Shown here: piece by piece, positions 48,417-57,045 of the stretch
Layout: every line of letters starts with the position of its first letter
How positions within the stretch are numbered: position 1 is the stretch's first letter
Assembly: GCA_965261085.1 (NCBI GenBank)
Contig: OZ253442.1
Coordinates: 1,376,001 to 1,440,000 of the forward strand
Length of the DNA stretch: 64,000 nucleotides
DNA from: a bacterium
GTDB lineage: Bacteria > UBA8248
Direction of reading: 5' to 3'
The notes under the pieces: generated by a model
Seen by the model: only the letters and a program-made list of their open reading frames with translations
What the model was told of the DNA's origin: nothing
Database searches by the model: none
Program-made: the position numbers and the translations under genes

Positions 48417-48856
48417 TGTGCAACATACGGGGATTTCCCCGTGCTCAAAAGTCTTGTATCTATTTGTTATCACTTGTTTTTCTCACCAACACCGCAACCC
48501 GCCTGATTACGCCTTTCCTCATTACGTAATCGTTTCGCAACCGGATTTGATCAATATGCAGGCATGGCATGTCAACGAATATTTTACGAAAATTGGATAT
48601 CCGGCTACGTTCATACGAAAAACACCGAGCCGCGTCCTGAACCGGTATCAGTCCACTTCCGACAGGAGAGGCGCGCGAAGGAGAAAGTAGCGGTAGGGAA
48701 ATTTTCCCGGAAACCGGCAGGATAACGAGTCCGTCGATACCGTTTCACGCCCGCTTAGATGCGGATGAGTGTTTTTATCGGCGAAGAAATTCCATTACCT
48801 TACTGATATAATTGTAAATATCTATTTTTACTAACTTCATCTGGAATCCGCCTTCC

Positions 48857-48909
48857 GCAATATGCAATCAAAACGAAAGCGGGCGAATTCAAACGCCCGC
48901 GCACCCAGG
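48857..48909 (+). repeat. Non-coding module, copy A
   Basis: 43/53 identical without gaps to 56799-56851; weaker similarity continues upstream. Confidence 0.75.
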
Positions 48910-49694
48910 CGGGTCCGAGTCGCCGGAACCATCCCGGCTCCCCTACCACCCGCACTACGCAACCGCGCCTCCGTCCTGTTTCGCCTTTCGCCATCGCCTC
49001 GCGTAGCGCCGTGTTCCTGCGGCTTGGGGGCTTCGACATCTCATGTCTCCTCCCCTCGCCTGCGGCCAGAGGGCTTCGTTTCCGGCTGTAAGGGGTCGTG
49101 AAACGCCACCCCGCAAGGGCCGCGATTTGCACAAATTTAATTATCCCTAGCCCAAAAATTTCCCGTTTCACAAGGTGTGTCCGAATCGGTTATCCTGGAA
49201 AGTGTTCAGACTTTGGCTTGGAGGCGCCCGGTTCCGTACTACGAGCCGGCTCCGTGTCGTTCGGCGCATCGCCCGGGCCCGTAGGGGTTCCACGGGGCGC
49301 CTCGTGAAACGAACGCAAGAAGAAAAGGGAACGAATGGGATCTCAAGGGAAGTTGGCGAGAGGCCTGAATTTGCGTGAGACGCCGGGTCATCATATACTG
49401 AGCGCCTCAAGCCTCAAGAATTAGATCGGGAGCCGGGCCTTCGGCCCGGCTTGGGGCGCCGGAACGATCACGGCCCTGCCCGCCCGGGCGGGGTTTTGCG
49501 CCTTTCCGGGCGCATTTGCGCCACAGATGCGCCCGGAAGCGAGCATTCCGGCGGCCCGAAGGGGCGTTCCGCATCCCCCGGCGGCGAATACCAGCTAATC
49601 CCCCACCGACAAGCATGAGTCATGGACGACCCGGATGCCGGTCTTGCGGCCGAACCAGGACGGCGGCGCACCACATGAAAAGAAAGGTGAGACA

Positions 49695-51872
49695 ATGATG
49701 TTACACGCGATAGCTTCGTCTCCAGGGAACGACGGTTCAAGAACGCATCATGGCTCCCCTTCCGGACTTCGGCGCCGCATTGCGGGCGGGCTCCTCCGCT
49801 CCGCACGCGCGCTGGCCGCAGCGGCGCTGTTCGCGCTCTTCGGCGCACTCGCCCTGCCGCTTCAGGCCCATGCGCAGACGACCACGACCTTTGTCAGCAA
49901 CCTGGGGCAGACAGATGTCAGCGCTAACGCCCTTACCTCTCCAGCTACACCGCGTGCACAACAATTCGAGACGGGAAGCAACTCGGGCGGGTACACGCTT
50001 ACGGAGATAGTGGTCAATATTAAGGATGCGAGAACCGGAACCCCGGCGTTCGCCCTCCACACGAGCACGGCGGACGATAAGCCGGGCACCAAGGTTGTGG
50101 ATCTGAGCGGCGACAGTTCCACGCCGGGCGAGCAGAGTTTTACCCCGGCCAGCACCACCACTCTCAGCGCGTCGACCAAGTACATCATCGTGTTCTCCAT
50201 GACTAGTGGACAGGCAAACCTGCAAAGGACGTCTTCGGATAACATTGACTCGGGGGCTTCGACGGGATGGGACATTGCGGAGACTTCGTTGTTAACTATC
50301 ACAGTCTGGAATGCATCTTCTAACTCTGTTGAAATCGCCGTCAAGGGCACTGCGGCGGCCACGGCCCCGGCCAAGCCGACCGGGTTCACCGCGGCGGTGG
50401 GCAACGCGCAGGTGACGCTCGCCTGGGACGCGCCGGCGTCGGATTCGGGGGTGACGCGCCACGAGTACCACTACAAGACGGACGGCGGTTATCCCGCGAC
50501 CTGGACGGCGATTGCGAACAGCGCGGTCGGCGGCGCGAACCAGGCCGGATTCACGGTGACAGGGCTCACCAACGAGAAGGCCCACACCTTCGAGCTCCGC
50601 GCGGTGAGCGGCGGCGGCAATAGCGACGCGGCGGAGGCGGGTCCGGTGACGCCGACGCCCGGCATCTGCGACCGCACGCAGCAGGTGCACGAAACTATCG
50701 TCGGCGCCCTCTCGGGGGTAGACGATTGCGCGGCGGTGACCGTCGCCGACCTGGCAGGGCTCACTAGTCTGCAGATAGCAGGCCAAAACATCACCACGCT
50801 GAAGGCGGGCGACTTCGCGGGGCTGACGAGCGTGACACTCCTTAACCTTGCCAGCAACAGCTTCACCACGCTCCCCGACGGGGTGTTCTCCGACCTGACG
50901 TCGCTGACAAACCTCGTATTGGCCGCTGGCAAACTGACTTTGCTCCCTGCCGGGGTGTTCACTGGCCTGACGAATCTGACAGGCCTCAATCTGGGCAACA
51001 ACTCTCTGAGTTTGCTCCCCGTGACCGTGTTCTCCGACCTGACGTCGCTGACAAACCTCAATCTGAGCGACAACTCTCTGAGTTTGCTCCCCGGGACTGT
51101 GTTCTCCGGCTTGACGGCGCTGGAAACTCTCACTCTGGACAGCAACGCTCTTAATGCGCTCCCCGACGGGCTGTTCACCGGCCTGACGGCGCTGACAGGC
51201 CTCGGTCTAAGCGGCAACCCCACCAATCCGCTGCCGCTCACCGTGACGGTGGAGAAGGTGGGGACCGACCAGGTGCGGGCGAAGGTGCTGGCGGGGGCGC
51301 CGTTCGCGGTCGAGTTTTCGGTGACGCTGGTGGACGGGACGCTCGCGGGCGGCGCGACCAAGCTGGGCGTTGCGGTGGGCTCGGTGGACGGCACGGCGGT
51401 CACCGTGACCCGCACGGCCGGGACGACGGCGGCGGTGACCGTGGACGTCGACCTGACGACCCAGCCGACGCTGCCCGGGAATCACGCGGGCTACACCTTC
51501 GTCAAGTCGACCTCGGGCCTGCCGGCAACCGTCCTGCCGGCGGAGGGAGCACCGGCCGCGCCGACCAATTTGACGGCCACGGCCGGCGACGCGCAGGTGG
51601 CGCTGTCCTGGGAACGCCGTCGCCGAGGTGACGGTGACGCCGACGCCGAACCATGCCGAGGCGACGATCGAATATCTGGACGCGTCCGACACGACGCTCG
51701 ACGACGCGGACGCCTCGGCGGCCGGCCACCAGGTGACGCTGGTGGAGGGCGCGAACGTCATAAAGGTGAAGGTGACGGCCGCGGACGGCACGACGACGAA
51801 GACCTACGCGGTGACGGTGAACCGGGCGGCGGACGCGACGCTGAGCGCTCTGGTCGTCAACGACGGCAGTAG
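49695..51872 (+). CDS. Large surface protein, N-terminal part: extended signal peptide, beta-sandwich domain, Fn3, LRRs
   Basis: AHA|Q cleavage site, FVSNLGQ, Fn3 PAKPTGFTA..GNAQVTLAW, CDRT..V cap, 24-aa LRRs. Real protein ends near 51612; the tail is out of frame. Confidence 0.85.
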   Translation: MMLHAIASSPGNDGSRTHHGSPSGLRRRIAGGLLRSARALAAAALFALFGALALPLQAHAQTTTTFVSNLGQTDVSANALTSPATPRAQQFETGSNSGGYTLTEIVVNIKDARTGTPAFALHTSTADDKPGTKVVDLSGDSSTPGEQSFTPASTTTLSASTKYIIVFSMTSGQANLQRTSSDNIDSGASTGWDIAETSLLTITVWNASSNSVEIAVKGTAAATAPAKPTGFTAAVGNAQVTLAWDAPASDSGVTRHEYHYKTDGGYPATWTAIANSAVGGANQAGFTVTGLTNEKAHTFELRAVSGGGNSDAAEAGPVTPTPGICDRTQQVHETIVGALSGVDDCAAVTVADLAGLTSLQIAGQNITTLKAGDFAGLTSVTLLNLASNSFTTLPDGVFSDLTSLTNLVLAAGKLTLLPAGVFTGLTNLTGLNLGNNSLSLLPVTVFSDLTSLTNLNLSDNSLSLLPGTVFSGLTALETLTLDSNALNALPDGLFTGLTALTGLGLSGNPTNPLPLTVTVEKVGTDQVRAKVLAGAPFAVEFSVTLVDGTLAGGATKLGVAVGSVDGTAVTVTRTAGTTAAVTVDVDLTTQPTLPGNHAGYTFVKSTSGLPATVLPAEGAPAAPTNLTATAGDAQVALSWERRRRGDGDADAEPCRGDDRISGRVRHDARRRGRLGGRPPGDAGGGRERHKGEGDGRGRHDDEDLRGDGEPGGGRDAERSGRQRRQ

Positions 51873-54800
51873 GGACCTGACGCTGAGCCCGGGTTTCACG
51901 CCGGGCGCCACCTCCTACACGACGTCGGTCGCCAACCGCATCGCCGAGGTGACGGTGACGCCGACGACGACCCATGCCGCGGCGACGATCGAATATTTCG
52001 ACGGGGACGACGTGACGCTCACCGACGCGGGCGCGGCGGCCGGCCATCAGGTGACGCTGGAGGAGGGCGACAACGTCATCAAGGTGAAGGTGACGGCCGA
52101 GGACGGCACGACGATAGAGACCTACACGGTGACGGTGACGCGCCGCGCCGTGGACGCCCCGGGTGATGAGGGCGATTTGCGCTTGACGGACGAGAAACCG
52201 TACACGTCACGCCCGGATGGGACTGTGGTGGTGGGGGTCGAGGGACGTGTGGAGATATTCCACGCCGGGCGTTGGGGCACGGTGTGCGACGACGGCTTCT
52301 CGAGAGAAACGACCTCCAGGTTCAAAGTGGAACTGGATGCGGACGGCAACGCAACGGACAATGTCACGGAAAGTGAACACGACAACGATGCCCCCGCCCT
52401 GGTCTGCCAGTCCATGGGCTACACCACCGGCGAATACGCGTCGGGCTTCGGCCGGCCGGGGCCGAGCCAACCGTCCGCGCTGGCGTCCTACTCTCCGGTG
52501 GGCGAGACCTATCCGGCGAACGGACCGCTGCCGATCTGGGTCGACGACATGACGTGCGCGGCGGGCGACGCCGATCTGACGGTGGACGCGTTGCCGGCGC
52601 CGTTGGCCCACTGCGGGTACGCGGGCTGGGGGCTGCACAACTGCACCCACAACGAGGATGCGGGGGTACGCTGCTGGAACGTGGAGGACAGCGCCATGGC
52701 CGGTGCGCGGGCGCTGAAGGCGCGGTTCGTGTCGCCGCCGGAGCGGCACGACGGCTCGGGCCGGGTCAAGGTTCGGGTGGCGTTCAGCGAGGCGATCGAG
52801 GAGAGCCCGGAGAACGTGGGCGAGCACGGGGTGAAGGTCGAGGGCGGCCGGGTGACGTCGGTGCGCCGGGTGGACAACCGGCCGGCCGGGGGCGCGGGGG
52901 CGCGTTCGGCGGGCCGTTCGGGTGGCGGGCAGGAAGACGGGCAGGAAGACGGGGAGAGCGTGTGGGAGTTCGAGATCGAGCCGGGCTCGGCCGAGGACCT
53001 GACGATGCGGATCGACGCGGGGCGTCCGTGCGACGAGGCGGGCGCGATCTGCACGGCGGACGGGCGTTCGCTGTCGGAGGGGATCGTGACGACGCTCGAG
53101 GGTCCGGACCCGGTAGCGCTGACGGCGGAGTTCCAGGGCGTGCCGGAGGCGCATGACGGGGAGGACGCGTTCCGCTTCCGGGTGGCGTTCAGCGAGGACA
53201 TCGGGATCGGCTTCCGGACGATGCGCGACGACTCGTTCACGGTGAGCGGGGGCGAGGTGACCGGGGCGCGGCGGGTGGACGGGCGCAATGACCTGTGGGA
53301 GATCACGGTCGCGCCCGAGACGGACGGGGCGGTGACGATCACGCTGCCGGGCGGGCGCGAGTGCGCGGTCTCCGGGGCGATCTGCACCCGGGGCGAGAAC
53401 CGGCGGCTGTTGACCAACACGTCGGCGGCCACGGTGGCCGGCCCGGTGGTCGAGGCGGCGGTCGCGCCGCTGACGGCGAGTTTCGTGCAGGCGCCGGCGG
53501 AGCATGACGGGTCGAGCCCGTTCAAGCTCCGGATCGGGTTCAGCGAGGGCATCTCGATCAGTTTCCGGACGTTCCGCGACGCCTCGGTGTCGGTGGCCGG
53601 GGGGAGCATGACCGGGGCGAAGCGGGTGGACGGGCGCAAGGACCTGTGGGAGGTGACGGTCAGGCCGGGTTCGATTAGCGATGTGACGGTGACGCTCGAA
53701 GGCGGGCGCGCCTGCGGTACGCCGGGGGCGGTGTGCACCGGCGACGGGCGGGTGCTGTCGGCGACGATCTCGACGAGGGTTCCGGGTCCGCCGGGTCTCT
53801 CGGTGGCGGATGCGGAGGTGGAGGAGGAACCGGACGCGGCGCTTGCCTTCGCGGTGACGCTCAGCCGGGCGCCTTCGGGGGCGGTGACGGTGGACTACGC
53901 GACGGCCGACGGGACGGCGAAGGCGGGCGCCGACTACACGGCGGTGAGCGGCACGCTGACCTTCGCGCCGGGTGAGAGGACGAAGACGGTATCGGTCGCT
54001 GTGCTCGACGATGCGCACGACGAGGGGCGGGAGACGCTGACGCTCACGCTCTCGAACGCCTCGGGGGCGTATATAGAGGACGGTACGGCGACGGGGACGA
54101 TCAAGAACACCGACCACATGCCCAAGGCGTGGCTGGCGCGCTTCGGGCGCACGGTCGCGGAGCAGGTGCTGGAAGCGGTGGGCGCGCGCATCGAGGGAAA
54201 TTCAAATTCTCCGGGTCCGGCGCGGTTGACGCTCGGCGGCCACCAGGTGGTCCTGGGCGCTTCCTGGCCCGGAGCGGAGGGGACTCTCCTCGGAGCAGGC
54301 GTCCTCGGGCCGGACTTGAGGGAGACGAAGGACCTTCTCCGGGTGGAGGCGGACGATTCGCCCGCGCAAGAGATATCGACGGCCGGGCTGCTGATGGCGA
54401 GTTCGTTTCATATGGCCTCGGCAGGTGGCGAGGATGAGTCCGGGCGCTGGTCGCTGTGGGCCCGGGGGTCGCGCGCGAGCTTCAGCGGCAAGGAGGACGC
54501 GCTCACGCTCGAGGGGGACGTCTCGACGGGCGTGATGGGTGCGGACTACGAGCGGGGCAGGGTCCTGGCGGGCGTGGCGCTCGCCTACAGCACGGGGGAG
54601 GGTTCCTACACGGAGGCCGACGCGCGGGGCGAGGTGGAATCGACGCTCTTAAGCGCCTACCCCTATCTGCGCTACACGTTGAGTGATCGCCTCTCGGTCT
54701 GGGGCGTCCTGGGCCTGGGCGAGGGCGGGTTGACGCTCGAGGTGGAGAACACGGGGGGGATAGTGGAGCGCATGGAGACCGACATCTCCATGGGGATGGC

Positions 54801-55527
54801 GGCGTTCGGGGCCAGGGGCAAGCTCGCATCCGTCGCGGGCTACGACCTTGCGGTCAAGACCGACGTCCTCTTCGTGCGGACCGAGTCGGAAGCGGTGACG
54901 GGACTCGCCGCGGCGGATGCGCAGACGCGGCGCCTGCGCCTGGCGCTGGAGGGTTCGCGCGAGGTGAAGTTCGAGGGCGGCAGTGTCCTCACGCCCTCCC
55001 TTGAAATAGGGCTTCGCCACGACGGAGGCGACGCGGAGACGGGAAGCGGCGTGGAACTGGGCGGCGGCCTGCGCTGGACGAATTCCGGGGGTCTCACGAT
55101 GGAGGTGCGCGCAAGGGGCCTCATCGCGCACGAGGAGCGTGATTATGAGGAATGGGGCGTGAGCGCCTCGCTCGCCCTCTCCCCCGGGGAGGAGGGCCGT
55201 GGGGTCTCCGTGCGGGTCGGCTCCACCTGGGGCGCGTCATCGAGCGGAGTGGGCCGCCTCTGGTCGCAGCGAGCGGTGGCGGGCGGGGAGTTCGACCCCG
55301 ACGCGGGCCTGAACGCGGAGGTGGGCTACGGGCTGGACGCGATGCGCGGCCTCCTGACGCCCTACACGGGCGTGGCGCTCACCGGGGGCGGGGAGACCTG
55401 GCGGGCGGGAGCGCGCTGGAAACTCGGTCCCGCCTTCGCCCTGAACCTCGAGGCCACGCTCGCCGAACCCGAAGGGGACGGTGAGCACGAAGCCGGGCTC
55501 GTCCTGAGGGGTTCGAAGAGGTGGTAG
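51628..55527 (+). CDS. Large surface protein, C-terminal part: cadherin-like repeats, SRCR, three Cys-containing repeats, Calx-beta, autotransporter barrel
   Basis: EGRVEIFHAGRWGTVCDD...HNCTHNEDAGVRC (SRCR); VTVDYATADGTAKAGADY..SGTLTF (Calx-beta); AWLARFGRT linker; barrel ending in W. Confidence 0.9.
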   Translation: MTVTPTPNHAEATIEYLDASDTTLDDADASAAGHQVTLVEGANVIKVKVTAADGTTTKTYAVTVNRAADATLSALVVNDGSRDLTLSPGFTPGATSYTTSVANRIAEVTVTPTTTHAAATIEYFDGDDVTLTDAGAAAGHQVTLEEGDNVIKVKVTAEDGTTIETYTVTVTRRAVDAPGDEGDLRLTDEKPYTSRPDGTVVVGVEGRVEIFHAGRWGTVCDDGFSRETTSRFKVELDADGNATDNVTESEHDNDAPALVCQSMGYTTGEYASGFGRPGPSQPSALASYSPVGETYPANGPLPIWVDDMTCAAGDADLTVDALPAPLAHCGYAGWGLHNCTHNEDAGVRCWNVEDSAMAGARALKARFVSPPERHDGSGRVKVRVAFSEAIEESPENVGEHGVKVEGGRVTSVRRVDNRPAGGAGARSAGRSGGGQEDGQEDGESVWEFEIEPGSAEDLTMRIDAGRPCDEAGAICTADGRSLSEGIVTTLEGPDPVALTAEFQGVPEAHDGEDAFRFRVAFSEDIGIGFRTMRDDSFTVSGGEVTGARRVDGRNDLWEITVAPETDGAVTITLPGGRECAVSGAICTRGENRRLLTNTSAATVAGPVVEAAVAPLTASFVQAPAEHDGSSPFKLRIGFSEGISISFRTFRDASVSVAGGSMTGAKRVDGRKDLWEVTVRPGSISDVTVTLEGGRACGTPGAVCTGDGRVLSATISTRVPGPPGLSVADAEVEEEPDAALAFAVTLSRAPSGAVTVDYATADGTAKAGADYTAVSGTLTFAPGERTKTVSVAVLDDAHDEGRETLTLTLSNASGAYIEDGTATGTIKNTDHMPKAWLARFGRTVAEQVLEAVGARIEGNSNSPGPARLTLGGHQVVLGASWPGAEGTLLGAGVLGPDLRETKDLLRVEADDSPAQEISTAGLLMASSFHMASAGGEDESGRWSLWARGSRASFSGKEDALTLEGDVSTGVMGADYERGRVLAGVALAYSTGEGSYTEADARGEVESTLLSAYPYLRYTLSDRLSVWGVLGLGEGGLTLEVENTGGIVERMETDISMGMAAFGARGKLASVAGYDLAVKTDVLFVRTESEAVTGLAAADAQTRRLRLALEGSREVKFEGGSVLTPSLEIGLRHDGGDAETGSGVELGGGLRWTNSGGLTMEVRARGLIAHEERDYEEWGVSASLALSPGEEGRGVSVRVGSTWGASSSGVGRLWSQRAVAGGEFDPDAGLNAEVGYGLDAMRGLLTPYTGVALTGGGETWRAGARWKLGPAFALNLEATLAEPEGDGEHEAGLVLRGSKRW

Positions 55528-55687
55528 TCGGACCCGAGCGGAGAGGGAGGGTTTGCCGACCGGGAGGTCGCCGGGGCAATCCCGCGCGCGCCTCCGGGAA
55601 TCGTGAACGTGGAGTGAAAGGATGCGGGCGAGGGCCCGCGGAACACCGGGGACCGGGTTCCCCGGATTACCGGAAAGGAATATCACC

Positions 55688-56116
55688 ATGACGGACGACA
55701 CCGGACCGGGCCGTAACGGGATCGACATGATCGGCGAACTCGTCGAGCTGATCCCCGGCACGGGAGATGACGACAACGAGATCGGCGAGCCTTTCTGGGT
55801 GGAGCATCGCACCGAAGAAGGCGTAAAGACCACGCACCTGCGCATCGTGCGGGTGTGCGACGACTCGATGGAGCCTGAGTTGCGCGAGGGCGAATGGGTC
55901 GTGGTCGACCTCGAGAGCCGGCGCCCGGAGGCGGGAGGAAAGTTCCTGGTCAGGCTCGGGGAGAGGCTGGTGGTCAGACAAGCCGAGGCGATGCCCGGCG
56001 ATGGAGCGGAGGACGAACGCCTGAGGTTCATCCCCGCCAACCCCGCCTACGCCCCCTGCTTCGCAGAAGACGTCGAGGTCCTCGGCGAGGTGGAGTGGGA
56101 GGTCAAGCGGCCGTGA
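55688..56116 (+). CDS. Stand-alone S24 (LexA/phage repressor C-terminal-like) domain protein
   Basis: V.DDSMEPELREGEWVVVD, IPANPAY, VLGEV; no HTH; LVVRQ in place of LVVKR. Confidence 0.75.
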   Translation: MTDDTGPGRNGIDMIGELVELIPGTGDDDNEIGEPFWVEHRTEEGVKTTHLRIVRVCDDSMEPELREGEWVVVDLESRRPEAGGKFLVRLGERLVVRQAEAMPGDGAEDERLRFIPANPAYAPCFAEDVEVLGEVEWEVKRP

Positions 56117-56265
56117 GGAACAGGCGCCTGACGCCCTGCGCCGGTAGAGGAAAGCGGCCCCTCCCGCGAAGCCGCAAGGCCATGAACGGATCGCGGGGAA
56201 CCGTGTGACGGCGGATGTCGTGGCGGAGTTCCCGATTGCCTGGATGACCCGGAAGAAAGACTCCC

Positions 56266-56595
56266 ATGACGGACTGCATCATCAACGGCGGTGCGGGCGA
56301 GGAGGCCCAGGCCGGAGACCTCATCAAGCCGGGTCCCGCCACGGGAGATGAAGAGCCCGGCGAGCCTTTCCGGGTGACGTATCGCACCGACGAAGGCGAA
56401 GATACCACACACCTGCGCATCCTCGATGTGGAGGGCGACTCGATGGAGCCTGAGATACGCGAGGACGAACGCCCGAGGCTCCGGCTCATCCCCGCAGACC
56501 ATTCTCCCAGCCGCGCAGAAGACGTCCATATCCGCGACAAGGTGTTGTGGGTGGTGCGGCGGGTGGTGCGGACGGGATGCCGGCGCCCCGGATGA
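56266..56595 (+). pseudogene. Second S24-like copy with an internal deletion
   Basis: Aligns to 55688-56116 (GEPF.V..RT.EG..TTHLRI..V.GDSMEPE) but jumps from REDE straight to RLRLIPA. Confidence 0.65.
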
Positions 56596-56798
56596 TGCTC
56601 CGTAGCTCGTGTCCGCCGTCGGTTCCGGCGCCATGGTGGTGTGAACGGCCGGAAGTGTTCCTCCTTACGGAACGCACATAAATGCCTTTCGCCCGCTTTC
56701 AGACAGTGGGGGATTTCCAACGGGCGGGGAATCCTTATAGTTTGTTGAAAGTATTGAGGGTATTGGTTTTTTCGAGTTTCGATTGAGACCCGGTTTTT

Positions 56799-56851
56799 GC
56801 AATATGTAATCAAAGCGGTAGCGGGTGAATTCAAACTCGTGCGCAACCTGG
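56799..56851 (+). repeat. Non-coding module, copy B
   Basis: Direct repeat of 48857-48909. Confidence 0.75.
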
Positions 56852-57045
56852 AGCATTCCTGTCGGAGCGTCTTCGTATCCGTTCGTTCGTCCCGTGGTGG
56901 GCGTGGTTCCGCACGGTGACGTTTGGGGAATGGCGGTATGGCAGTTGATCTGCTCTTCGTGGTGACCAGCCCCACGTCCCAGGAGACGCACCTCGCCCGC
57001 TTGGCGGCCCATGTGCGCTACCCCCTCGCCGAGCTGAGCTAGTCC

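Noticed and set aside
49695-55527. Diversity-generating retroelement acting on the adhesin
   Set aside because: No reverse transcriptase in the window and no template/variable repeat pair differing only at adenines.
47475-56851. Classical integron
   Set aside because: The recombinase is an Arm-domain phage type, not IntI, and the repeated module lacks attC RYYYAAC/GTTRRRY ends.
56860-57042. Possible PTS EIIA-like fragment (AVDLLFVVTSPTSQETHLARLAA)
   Set aside because: Short, needs a frameshift and the resemblance is too weak to call.
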